From assembly GCA_951406725.2 (NCBI GenBank), contig OX597831.1, forward strand, positions 58,776,001 to 58,840,000: a stretch of 64,000 nucleotides of DNA, given 5' to 3'. The position numbers and the translations under genes were made by a program. Under the pieces are notes generated by a model. That model was not told the DNA's origin, ran no database searches, and saw nothing but the letters and a program-made list of their open reading frames with translations. This stretch comes from Octopus vulgaris (lineage: Eukaryota). Below, piece by piece: positions 1-13,363 of the stretch (within the stretch, counting starts at the first letter, position 1; each line of letters starts with the position of its first letter).

Positions 1-50
1 TTGGCTGAATACGTGATTTGAATCATTAGTTATGTATAACCTTTTAGAAT

Positions 51-102
<52 letters not shown>

Positions 103-702
103 AATGTGTGTGCCTCTCTGAGTGTGTGTGTGTGTATGAGCGTATGTATGTATTATTAGGTATGTTAGATGTATTGAGTTTTTACCATGATCTTCAGAAA
201 CGACGACACTGTTAATATCAATGTAGTTAACGTTCCGCTTTATCTACTGCCAGTAGCCGACTGTTATAGAGATACAGACCATGATTTAAGTACTTATAGG
301 GAAGCGACATACTTACAAGAAAGGACCTACCGGTTAGTGTCTTTACTGGGGCGTTTCAAGTGAATGGCTAGATGTATGGGTGATGGGTGAAAAGAGGCAG
401 AGGGACATAAGAGTCGAATGTTCCTGTTTGAAGATGCTACAAGAATAATGAATTCCATCCGGTAATGGGTAATGTTGTAGTAGCAGAACAGGAGTTGGAA
501 ACTGCAGTTTTTGTGTGTGAAACTGTATGAATAAATAACCGTGTAGCCTTTCATTAGACTTAATCGAAAGCACTGAGTGTGTTGTAGTGTTTCCGTCCCA
601 GATGTGGGGCGCAGTTTAAAACTGTTGGTGTAATATGAGATCTCCTTTGGATCAGAAAACTGTGAAGATGTATTTCCGGTTTTAAAGAGAAACACTATCA
701 CT

Positions 703-875
703 TCATTTTCTTTTTGTGCCTTATTATTTACTTTTTTTCTTATTTTTATTGTCCTAAAATTTTCGTTTGAAAAGGTTGCAAGACGCAACGAAAATTTTAG
801 GACAATAGAAATAAGAAAAAAAGTGGAAATTTTACCGGTGAGTGTGTTAAATAGTAAGGCACAAAAAGAAAATGA
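703..875. repeat. Foldback inverted repeat, probably the inversion junction of a repeat insertion
   Basis: 703-767 (TCATTTTCTTTTTGTGCCTTATTATTTA...GTCCTAAAATTTTCGTT) is the reverse complement of 787-875 apart from a ~23-nt insertion and a few mismatches; 19-nt spacer. Confidence 0.8.
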
Positions 876-2227
876 CTCTCCCCAGACACAACAGAATATG
901 CTTCAACACACGAACTCATATAAAGAATCTTGCAAACCAAATCCAAAAACAAAATACTACCATTTCCGTTGCACACTTAGTATGTTAAACATATGACTTC
1001 TCCAGAGCGTTGAATAGCATTTGGAGCATTTACAAAAGCGTTTGCGTGTTGCCTGTGTTTATTGTGTGCGCTGATGCTTTATGTGACCTGAGCAGTGATT
1101 ATTTCCTTGTTTAATGATGCAGTGATTGATTCATTATTATGGAATGCTTTATCGGGGATTTTTGCATGAGACTTGAGGCGAGTCGGTGTGAGATGATGTC
1201 TAGTTTGCATCTTGACAATGCTTAGGAGAAAGTCAGACAGGTATGAACTATGGTCTCCTTTTAATTAGCGTGGTGGATCTTCAAGCCGCTGCTATCATGC
1301 TGGCCATTCATTTATAAAAGAAAGAGCTTGGAGGTAATATTATAACTAAGAAAGACCATAATTGATAAACTGTATGTAAATTTGCTATATGATATACATT
1401 TCGATTCATGATCATTCACTTACCTAATATCAATCAAAATTTATGTGACATGATTCCATCTTTATAGTTGATAATACTTGTGAACTATGCAATGCTCTCA
1501 TTGTCTAGCGCTGCCCACAAATCGTAAGGCTAGGCTGCAGCGAACTAGGATCTTTGACCTTGAAATTAGTCACATTTAGTGACAAAACCAAACCACGAAC
1601 AATTTGTTGTCCGTCTGACTCCTTTTCTGTTCCGTCTTTTACTATCCCCGGTATGATAACGACCATTGGCAATGACTTTCAAGCAGATTTATGTCTGTTT
1701 CTGCTATTATGGCACGGATATCAAATAATTTTGATTCAGAGACGATGTAGAGAAGCCATTGTAACGTGACATCAGAGGATTTATTTTATGGCCAGGAGAC
1801 TTAGAGGAAACGTCTATTCGTTTGATACCAACACTATTACCGTGTCAGCATCACATGTTGATACCGTGAGTAAAATCGTCATCGAATTTATTTCCGGAAA
1901 AGCAAGTTGAATTTGAATCAACTAAGTCAAGATTTCTCAAGCAGTAAATTTTATGTCGCATGTCTGAAGTAGATTTTATATTCGTATACTATATTTTGTT
2001 GCCGACAATAAAAAAAGTAGGTATTTAGTTGAAAATCACTTCTTTTACTTCAGTTCGCTAAGCTCAATATACTGAAATACTTCCCACTAGTTCCAAACAT
2101 TATATTTCTCACAATCAAAGTTTAGAATAGAACAGATGAGATATTTTTTACATGAGATTGAGGAAATTTATACCTCAGCACATAAGATATATATTAAAAA
2201 ATATACAAAACAATATATATATATAAA

Positions 2228-2267
<40 letters not shown>

Positions 2268-2417
2268 ATATATATATATATGTATATATGTATATATATA
2301 TACATATATATTTATGTATGTATATAAATATATATATATATATATACATACTTTATTTTAAGCAGCAGAAAATTCAACAAAATCTGTTACTCTGAGTTTC
2401 TCGTTGCCGTTTTTGCT

Positions 2418-2456
<39 letters not shown>

Positions 2457-2664
2457 TACATGCATAGTGATAGTTGTTAGAAAGCAATATACATATGCTT
2501 CATAATAAAACGTTAGGCGAGTATAGGGTAAAATAGTAATTATCAACTGACGAGGGAACAAGAATTACGGGATAAATATCATAAGCCTCCGGCTGTTTCT
2601 GCTACCACAAACAGTGTATGCCGCGGTGAGTGACTGTGCAACATCTTGTAGCTTCCTGGGAACC

Positions 2665-2719
<55 letters not shown>

Positions 2720-3335
2720 ATTTATTTATATATTTATATGTATTCAAGAATGTTTGAAGTGGTGTACAGATATTGCAGATTAAAAAAAAAAAGGAGACAG
2801 TCAGAATGTTGGATAATCGTTCAGCAGCGCTTTCGTTCGCTTGCGAACTCGTCAAGATAAAATGAAAATCAAAATGGTAAAAACTGAACTTTCCGTTGTT
2901 CGTTTATATGAATCGGATGTTTTTTTTGGAGGGGGGGTTTGTTTAGAATTGGAGAATATTGATTTTGTTGTTTTGGAAAAAGGGCGAGAGAGAGAGAGAT
3001 AGATAGATAGATAGATAGATAGATGGGAAAGAGAGAGAGGTTTCTTTTCAATTTGGTGTGGTCAGTTCATTGAAATTTCATTTCAAAGTATTTTCTTTCT
3101 TTTTTGTCTTTTCTCTTTTCATTTTCCAGTTTATACCAATAAACACATTTGCAAATACACTCATGTTCTCACAAGTCCTGGTGACCGTTGACATTGGTTT
3201 TACTTATTTGGAAAAAAGGAGGGACAGAGGAAGAAAAACAAAGGGAGTGTTAATAACGTGATATTCATCTCTATAAATGATCATGTATATATATATATAG
3301 ATAGATAGATATAGATATATGCATACACACACACA

Positions 3336-3395
<60 letters not shown>

Positions 3396-3899
3396 AGTAT
3401 ATGTAGTTTACAAATTTTTCTGGGCAACCTATTTTCTTTAGAATTTGCTCAGAGCATTTCGATTAACAGTATCGAATGCTTTGCTCAAATCAACAAAGCA
3501 AATGGTATAGAGCAAGATTCTGTTCAATGCACTTTTCTTGTAATTATCTGACAGTAAAGATACAATCAGCTGTGCCCTCGGAGGAAAGAAAACCATTTAT
3601 TGGGAGTTAGGTGATAATCACGTGCATGCATGTTCATGTGCCTATTCCCTTAACCATACACCGAGTCGCACCACCGGCACCAATTTCCTGTTAAAACAGG
3701 CATCTTTTTTTCTTAAGAAACTGCCGTCCTTTCACTATTCATACTAATACTGATATCACGTGACCTTCCATGACCAATTGCAGCCCATCTGCATGTAACC
3801 ATCTTGGACTTACTGCACCTTCATATTTATTTGTGTTTCCACTGGCCGGACGAAAATTCCCGTTAGGGGCTTGGAATCTTTAAGTAGCACGGAATCAGT

Positions 3900-4054
3900 C
3901 CTTAGATTGCGGTCATGTTGGAGCACTTTTGTCGAACAAATTTACCCCAACACTTATTATTTGTATTCTCGTACTTATCCTCTTTTGCCGAACCGCTATG
4001 TTACGGCGCATAAACACACCATCGGTTGTGAAGCGACAATGCGGGGACTAACAA

Positions 4055-4117
<63 letters not shown>

Positions 4118-4300
4118 GCGAACGCATTGTGACTAGCGATGTGTAACAACATCTGATGGTCTGGTCGGTCACGTGATCACGTGATAATATATATATAGGA
4201 AGGCTTCTTTCAGTTTCCAACAACCAAGTCCACTCATAAGGCTTTAATCAGCCCGTAGCTATAGTAGAAGACAAATGCCACGTAGTGCAACTGAACCGTG
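3900..4300 (-). mobile_element. Decayed tRNA-derived SINE (CORE-like family with central microsatellite), abutting the mariner relic
   Basis: Shares blocks with the copies at 37405-37829 and 60277-60701 (CTTTTGCCGAACCGCTA, GGCTTCTTTCAGTTTCC, CTATAGTAGAAGAC). Confidence 0.7.
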
Positions 4301-5266
4301 TTGTTGGGAAGTAACTTCAAAACCCAATTGGTTTCGATGGTCTGGATGGCCATGTGTGGGCGTGCTTTGTCATGCAACAACAAAACTCTCTTCGACAATA
4401 GGCTTCGGCGTTTGGTGCGAATTGCTGTCCCCAGTTTGTTGGCCAACAGAAAACTGTATCTTGCATTGTTGATTGCACACCCCTTTTCCAGGCAGCGTAA
4501 CAGTATAAGCTCTTCTGAGTTCCCAAAAGATGGTTAGGATCACCTTTCCCGTGAAAAACTGAGTCTTGAATTTCTTCGTCGCTGGCGAACAAGGATGCTT
4601 CCACTCCACACCCTGTCTTTTGGATTCTGCCTCATAACGATGGACCCACGTGTCATTTCTTGTGACTATTCTGCTCAAACATTACTTGCCCTCATTGTTA
4701 TAGCGATCGGGTCAACTTTAATAGACCTCGAGACGTTTGCGCTTGTACTCTGCAGCAAGCTCTCTTGGCGCCCATGCTGCACAGTCTTTATGACGCCGAG
4801 CTTATTGACAGAACCATGACTAATCTGCAGAGAACGAACTACCTCATCGATGATAACTCGCCGAACCTGTTGAATATTCTCGTCAGTGGTGGGAGTTAAC
4901 GAGCGTCCCGCTCCCCCTTCGTGTGTCATGCTTGCCCAGTCACTTTTAAACTTCTCGATCCACTCATACACATTTCTACGCGGTAGTGCGCTGTCCCCGT
5001 ATTTTACTAAATGTCTCCGATGGCTTTCAGCACCTGACACACCTTCCAACCAGAGAAATCAGATCACTGCTCTTTGTTCTTCTTTGATACACATTGCTAG
5101 CTGAGCGGATGTGCTTACACTGTAAAGCCATAAAGAAAAATGGCGCAATCAGGCTCAAACTTCTATCAAGTAGTACCACAATAATACCAGCTATAAGCAT
5201 GTATGCGCATAGGGCAATAATAAAAATGTTATGGCGAAAGTGTGGAAAATTATTGACTTCCCCTCG
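4300..5266 (-). mobile_element. Mariner (Tc1/mariner, DD34D type) transposon relic with frameshifted transposase
   Basis: Minus-strand pieces read EGVSGAESHRR...VYEWIEKFKS (HTH region), IVTRNDTWVHRYEAESKRQGVEWKH (decayed TGDETW motif) and LLLHDKARPH; the 5' terminus reads TA|CGAGGGGAAGTC at 5268-5255; 3' end lost. Confidence 0.9.
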
Positions 5267-7297
5267 TATATATAGTATATGCATTTCGAAGTAATCGACA
5301 AGAACATCTATATATAAACAATGAGGCCCAACACTACATTTCGGGAATAGCATCTCTCTCTTCAATTAGGTAAGAATTTTAGTATTTTAACGCGTGCAAA
5401 ATACACACACGCAAGCTTTACCATAGAAACGAAGATATATCTGTCAAATTGTCCACAAGTCTGCCTACTGACATCATCATACATAAGGCAATTAAGGAAT
5501 ACAAAATTCTAGTTTCATTTAATATGCAAGGATATTTACTACTTGCGTGGTATTAATACACTTGAGAAAGACATATAGGTCATAGCATATTTATGTTTTC
5601 TTTCAAAATTTCTTACAATCTTTCGACTAAATATAAACACATAGACGTTACACGAATACCTATAACACACAGATTCGTGTAATGCCAACATTGTCGTGTT
5701 TAAACTGGAGAACACATGCATAGTGACATAGAGGTATTAAGAGTCACGCATTCATAGAAAAGTGGATGCACATATATAAACATCGCAGACATACATGTGA
5801 AAATACTCACACATGCTGCTAACTTCAAATACATACACAGAACAGACACAGATAAATGCACACTTACACACATTAAAATGTGTGCTTGTATGTATATTCG
5901 TATGTATCCGGAGATATGAACAAATAGTCACAAACACTGATGTAATTACGTATACAAATAGTTGCATCAACAGACGTAAGGCAATTGTAAACATCGACAA
6001 TACCTCAAATAACATGATACACACAAGACAGTTAATATAAGAATCCAATCAGAGAAGCCTAACAGCAAGCACGTATACACATATATGCTTGCAGAAGAAG
6101 ATATTTACGTGCCCGCAATGATTTCTTCATGATCTATCTACTTTCTTGCTATATTGAAAACAAAGCTAATTTGTTTTAATACTCAAAGGGAAAATATATT
6201 TATAAATCTTTACAATTCTGAGCTGCAATTTCACTTCCAACTGTTTTGATGTTCTCTGACACGAAGGTAGTTGCAAAAACTTGTGAACCACACTCGAATT
6301 AAGAAATAGTGAAAGCACACTTTCTTAGCGTGGGTTTCATGAAGACGCTCTTTCTTACAGAGGGTTTAAACTAACTGACAAATACAAAAGAAAAAATGTA
6401 ATCGCAGCTGTGTGCCTCGTATTAACTGAACAGCATATTGTAAATATGTTGCTGTAGTGAAAGGTCAGGAAGGTCATATTGTTAGGATGCTGTACAACTA
6501 CACTAAATATTTTCCGTTCGTGTTATTTAACCAGGCTAACATTACCTTTGCAGTTGTCTTTTATTATAATACCGTTCGTATCTCTTTAGGGTCAATGAAT
6601 TGACATTTACTCGCTGCCGGCAAGCTATTTATTCGACCCTAGAAGGATAATAGGTAACGTTGATTACAGATCATAAATGTATGCCCATGTTTCATTGCGT
6701 GTCTCAATATCGTACAAAAGCAATCTGTTTATTGGTTTGAACTGCATCCAGAAGATCGGAGCACGATCCCACGCATTTTTCATTCAATTTAGGTGTCAAT
6801 CACAGAAGTACTTACTTTGTAGTCACATTCTGATACCTAATGTTTCCCATCGTATGTAGTGATGTATTGTGGCCGCAGTCCAGCAAAATGACGGATTGTG
6901 ACTTGTCAGTGCGCCCGAAGTTTTTCCTCCAGTCTCTGCTGATCTGTACCAGTCGCAGAGGATAGCTTCTAACCGCGCGATTTGTCATATTTTTAAAGCT
7001 TCATCCGTTTGTGCAGATGGTTCTTGTAAATCTTTCAATCATCTTTTTGTCAAGTACTCAACGACGACGCATTGCTTCTGCTTGGAACCCATTATTTGCT
7101 TGCGAGGAGGAAGAATGGAAGAGGAGCAGTGTTACTATGGGGGTAGAGTCATTTTCCTCAAACTTAGAATTTGAACAACCTATTTCTACTTATTTCGAAT
7201 TATTTTCATTACTTTAGAGTCAATACTCAAACTTTATGCAATACTCTAGCCATAGAAACGATACACCACCTTCTGACTTTTAGAAAAGAACGCAGTT

Positions 7298-7353
7298 TAT
7301 CTGTCCTTGTTTGTCCCCTCTGTGTGTAGCCCCATGTGGGCAGTAAAGAAATA
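7298..7353 (+). mobile_element. Isolated 3' tail of the SINE/Tx1-like family (severely 5'-truncated insertion)
   Basis: CTGTCCTTGTTTGTCCCCTCTGTGTGTAGCCCCATGTGGGCAGTAAAGAAATA nearly matches the SINE tail at ~50958-51008. Confidence 0.75.
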
Positions 7354-8433
7354 AGAAAAGAAAGATATTCTGAAAGCTTAACATTTTAACCGATTGAATC
7401 TGTTCTGTTAACTTCTGCATAATCATTATTTAAAAAACACAGCATATTAGAAGTAGCTTGTAGATATCTACCTAATCCATAAATACTAGCTTACAGTGCT
7501 GATTTCAATCCTTACCTTATTCTCTTAGGCCAACCTCATCAATGAAGAAAAACAACGAAACTGTGGAATGAAAAAATGGTTCACCTTACGGCACTTACAA
7601 AATCACAGACGATAGAATTTATTCAACCAGGTTCGTAATCAAAATAGATAAACAAATGAACCAAGTACACAGTTTTCATATAGTCAGGTGTATTACCGTT
7701 GATTTTATTTACCTTGTGTATCTCAAAATTTAGCAAACATGATTAATAGGTATGTTTACCCTCAGCATTCCCTTTATTTCCGGAACCAATAATCTTCTAA
7801 CCATGGGTATTTCTGTGCAAACTCTTCTGAGAGAAAACATGTTCAACAATAAAGTGTTCTCTCCAACGAAAAGTCACTCCAAGCGCCAGGATCCTCTCTG
7901 TCCATGAAATAAGAAGATCCTAAAAAGAAAGAACTACAAGATTCCTAGGGCATTTAACTCCCTCTAACTGGAGGCTTTATTACGTCAGTGTACACTTTGG
8001 CTTAAGATCAATACATTAGTGATAGTCCTCTCGAAGCAAACATACCGAACAAAATTGTAAATTTTTCCTCGCATTTACGATTATGATAAGCAAACATTTA
8101 TATTTATCGAACACGCGCATATACTCACATGCACTCAGACTTACATAAATTGCGTGTAAATAACGCTGGTTATGTATCTACTTTAAATTATATAACTTAT
8201 GCAATTTCGAGACGGATAAATTACGGGGAAGATAATAATCGTTGAAATGTATACGGAGGTTACAATTTCCTTAGTTTGAATGCGAAATCCATATCTAATA
8301 TAACCTGGAGTTTCCAGAGAAAGCTTAAAGGTACAATTGTTAATACTGTCCATTAAATCTTCTAACTGTTAAACGCTTAAATTGAATTACTTTCCTCAGA
8401 AGTGTGTGTGTTTTATGTATGTATCTATGTGTG

Positions 8434-8472
<39 letters not shown>

Positions 8473-8810
8473 ATGTATATATATATGTATGGATATTTAT
8501 TACATTTATTATATATATATTATATAAATATATTTATTCAAAATGTATAAGGTTGTCTTTAATTCCGAAGGATCGAGGCGTTGATGTGATATTTCAATGT
8601 AGAACAACAAATAATATTTTAGATGTACACTTATTAAACGGTATTTCAGGAGGCTCTCGGTTTTTGAGGCATTTAACGAATATATAATAGAGAGTGGTAA
8701 CATATATTTCAATATATCTTTACAACGAGTTTCTGTAAAGTCGAACGGGACAAGTTAGCTACTACGGTTCAATATATAATTTTTTTTTTTCTTTTCTTTT
8801 AGTTTTCTAA

Positions 8811-9014
8811 GACGGTGAGCTGGCTGAGTCAGTGAGTATTGCAACCGTCTTTACGTTCATACTAATCGGCATTTCACTCGTCTTTATCTCGGGATACTGC
8901 CAAGGCTGATTTTACATTTTACATTTCTGGGTCGATAAAATAAGTATCAGTTAAGTACTGGGTTTGATGTATTCGAATTACCTCTCTTGGTCCTGCAGCA
9001 AAATTTGAAATCAA
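8811..9014 (+). mobile_element. Decayed tRNA-derived SINE (GGCGGCGAGCTGGCAGAA family)
   Basis: GACGGTGAGCTGGCTGAGTC head and GGGTCGATAAAATAAGTATCAG body shared with 42065-42293 and 50788-51008. Confidence 0.6.
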
Positions 9015-9875
9015 TATATCAACTATTTTTTTTTTATATTGCCAGGACCGATATCGCTTGCAAGTAATAGGTAACTCTAATTGAATTAACAGTTTAGACC
9101 TATTACGATCAGATTTGAATTTAAAATATTATCCACAATCCCACATCGCATGCTCTACTGCTCAGCATGTATTTTTGTGAGAGTGGCCGCATATCTCCTC
9201 CCCTCCTCTCTCTTCTATCTGTTTCTTCTATTCCATTCTTTTTGCGTTCTTCTTATGTTCTAGAAGTGCGCCTCTATCCCTCACGCTTGAACTCATTCTG
9301 CATCCTGTCTTTCTTTAACCTTTTCTTTTTGCAGACACTACTACAGAATATCACTCAGCGATCTACTCTTGATAAGAGGAGGTGAGCTAATTATAATATC
9401 TTCATGCAACTGATTACCTCGTTAAATACCAATACTTTCTGCACATTTTTCGTTTGCAAACTAAGACTACTATGATAATTACGCATCTCTTGGCTTTCTG
9501 AAGCAACCGTCAAATTACGAAATTACACATTTTCTTCATATAATAGTCTTTATTCTTCATTTTTATTCTCCATGAAAATATACTTATGTCAAGCCTCTCT
9601 TCATTACTACCTGAATATCAACTCCATTTGCATACTTTTCATAGGCACTTCAAATGCGGAGACCCTTGCCCAGCACAAAGAATTCCGAGTTTAAGTTCAA
9701 ATCTTTTGAGGACACTTACGTGTATTCTATGTTGAGCATACACACCTATTGTATTTACATACACACACGCAGACATACGCACGTATATTTACATACATAC
9801 ATACATAAATACACACACACGCACACACATATATATATATGCATATATATATGTATATATATATATACATATATA

Positions 9876-9990
9876 TATATTTATCAAAAGAAAAACAGGA
9901 TGCAAAGGATTTAGCGGTACATATGTTTCTGGCTTTATTGGACAGTTTATATCAATCCTTTGCATCCTGTTTTTCTTTTGGTAAATATAT
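9876..9990. repeat. Inverted repeat (~36-bp arms) enclosing the 3' half of a hammerhead-like motif
   Basis: TTATCAAAAGAAAAACAGGATGCAAAGGATT pairs with AATCCTTTGCATCCTGTTTTTCTTTTGGTAA; the spacer reads GAAAC-ATAT-GTA on the minus strand. Confidence 0.75.
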
Positions 9991-10059
9991 CCTATCACCT
10001 ACACCACTAACTGGCATATACAGGTGCTTACAGTTATCAAGTATTCACCCTGAACTTTT

Positions 10060-10173
<114 letters not shown>

Positions 10174-13100
10174 TATCAACCTCGTATACCTAACGCATAC
10201 GCCCATACATTTACCGGTAGGTTCCGATTTGGTTTGGTGGAGGATACTCTCTAAAAGCGCTAGATGTTAAAGCACCTGAAAGGGATGGGTAGGTTAGATA
10301 ACTCGCCTTTAATCCCATCCAAGCGTGATGAACATTGATTTTCCACCATGTTTGTGGCTTATAAACTACACATCTACGAAACGGATCGTAAACAAATCAC
10401 GACTTGTATGCATATTGCGTGCAAACTATGTGCGAGTATGCCCAGATAATGCATGCAAATTAATAAGTTAAAATATGAAACAGAAGCTGCGCTTGTGTAA
10501 TATATACCGTCTACATATACTTAACGTAAGCGGCCTGCGTATTTGCCAGTAGGATACGATGTGGCGTAGTAGATTTCAATTATATATTTGAATTTATTCA
10601 TATTATTATACGAAATTAACGTGTAATGCACACACACGTGCACACACCCATATATATATATATATATATGCGCATATACATGCTTACATATAAAACCTCC
10701 ATCCTCATAAGTGTGCAAAATTTCAAACACGATTCTGTAAACATACAGGCATACAGAGACATACACATAGGCGCACATAACTTTGCCCTCCATAGATACT
10801 CTTACACACACGGATATGAATTCGCACATGTAAATCCTCACACACTTATAGATACATGCGTACGTTCATAGATGATTTGCAGGTGAAAAGAGTTGGGAAA
10901 ATATGAGAAGTACTACACATGGATAAGCACTCATACCTACACACACATCTACATACAGTAGCCCACGTCCACACACATATTTACGTGCCCATATAACGTG
11001 CACATATACAGGCTCATCCACACCCAATGTTAATGTTTCCAGTAGTGAGAGGAAATAAAACTATAAAGCTATGTCGTTGTGGTTGAACAAAAGGAATACC
11101 AAAATAGGGAGTCCTTGTTCACAAGAGCAAGAACATCGCATATAAAACCTGTAAAACCATATCTACTACCGAATTAAATACAAAAATTACAATCCCCCAC
11201 GATGTCTTATATACACAAATTATTCCTTACTAGTGGTGTGCGGGGAAATATCAGAGGAAATTTCCTGATATACTGTTTCAAAATTTGTTGAACGATCTTC
11301 AGAGGAAACATAATCGGTTCACTAATCTACAATATAAAACAGCCTGGGATTAGGCTAGCATCGTGGTAGATTGCGTATTTGCATACTTGTACTTTTGACG
11401 CTTCATCGTTAGTTACGAAATGTCTATGTATAATCTTTAAATCTGGAACAGTAGAAATCAGTTTGAAAATTACAACGCCTCAATCTGCGTATAAATAAGA
11501 CAAAGATTCTATTGTATTCACCATTCAGTTTGGCTTTATTTTAAATTTATTATTGGTCGAAAGAGTTACATTTCAATCATATTTCATATCATAATCTAAG
11601 GAAACGTACAGACAGTTTCTTAAATTATGGGTTATCTCTCAATAAAATATGAAAAGAAATAGGTTTCAAAGAAGGAAGACACACCAGTACCTAATAAACG
11701 ATTCCGGCTTTAAAGAAGCCAGAATCTGCTTGCTCCCTTTCATGAAGCACATTACAAGGTTATTCCCTTTCCTGTAGCACATTACACCATACTACTTTTC
11801 ATATAAAATGCTAACCGTAATTATAACGTGTTTTGGTATAATTGGTTGTATAGTATATCGTGGAATTATGCCATTTTGATCAGTACGTGCAAAGTAGTTT
11901 GTAGTTGTTTTATATTATATAGAATACTGAACATTATAGCTGACTTCTGAAAGAAATATGCGATACAAAGTGAGATTAAAAACAAATGACCGACCAAATC
12001 TCTCTATAAGGCAAATATTAGTAAGGATTCTTAAAATTTGGGTTACAAATTGCATTTGAAATCAATGAGCGTTTTAATGAGGCAATAAATATCATGAGGT
12101 AGATAAAAGTAGTTGAATCCTTAGACGAAACCCGTTTATCAAGAAATAAATAATGTATTTGAACATAAAAAGAAATATGAAAGAGAATGTTGCAGATCGC
12201 AGTAAAACCTAAATTCAAATTTCATGTTCCATTAGTAACAGAAATACTTAGTATGTGAAGGAAACTTTGTACCTGAGCGATATAATAGATAAAGATACAG
12301 TTCATCATTTGTTAATCTCTTTCAGAATATTTAGCTTTATGAATTTCTCTTTTAAATTTCCTTTGAACTCTTTTGAGGAACCAGAACTAAAACGCGATAT
12401 AATAGTTCTCACAAATCAACAACATCTTCGTAAAATATTTCCTACTTTCTTAATTTCGTATCAAATATTATTTTCAAACATAAACATATCGAATATATTG
12501 ATGTAAGTACTATTTTATCTGGCTAATTTTTCTATCTCGAAGTGCCAATTAGCACTAAACTTGGATTAAGTATATATCATTTAACATTTACTTCAAAATC
12601 TGAAGCAAGACATTCAAAGAGTTTAATCTTAATACAACATCTGATAAAGCGGGAAGGTGAAGACTGGAACCCTTTTGATCAGAACTGATGAGCTGCCGTG
12701 TGTAGAGGGGTGCCTAGGGAAGTGTGCTTTGTTAATTTTCACAGTAAACAGTGTAAATATTTTGACTATAAATGATACCAAAAAAATATGTATGAGAATG
12801 AAGGCTCACTGCAATACGTTTAACTGTACAAAGCAGTATGAAATATTGGTTGCATCTATAATACAACAAAAATGGTCATATTACCTATCATACTGAAGCT
12901 ACTTTTCAAAATGCAATGTCGATTTCTTATTATTTTATAAAATGCAAAGTATTTGATATACTAAATGTTTCAAATATTGGTACAATTTTAGGAGAATGTA
13001 GTCGATTATATCGGTTCTGGTACGAGTTTGGTACTTTATGCTATCGACCAGGATAAGTTGAAAGGCAAAGTTGATCTCAGTGGGATATGAGATCGGCATG

Positions 13101-13311
13101 TAACAAACTGGAAGTTGGAAAGGAACATATTACCATAATTCCTTGACAATCATAATGAAAATGGAGAATCTTACATCAGTAGATTTTGTGTCGGTTCATC
13201 TCATTGTCTGGATATTTGAAGTGAACTCATCTTCCTTAGAACAAATAGGTCACTTCACAGCCAATAAATCTTCATCTCTTTTTGTTATCCCTCTCTTTGG
13301 CAGGCAATCCC

Positions 13312-13363
<52 letters not shown>

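Noticed and set aside
327-788. 153-aa minus-strand ORF
   Set aside because: Non-ATG start inside an inverted repeat; no domain signature
2545-2610. CTGACGAG as a hammerhead core
   Set aside because: No stem II closure or downstream GAAA in register on the same strand
6812-6990. 58-codon minus-strand ORF in a GC-richer patch (MTNRAVRSYPLRL...)
   Set aside because: Short, with no recognisable homology; cannot be supported
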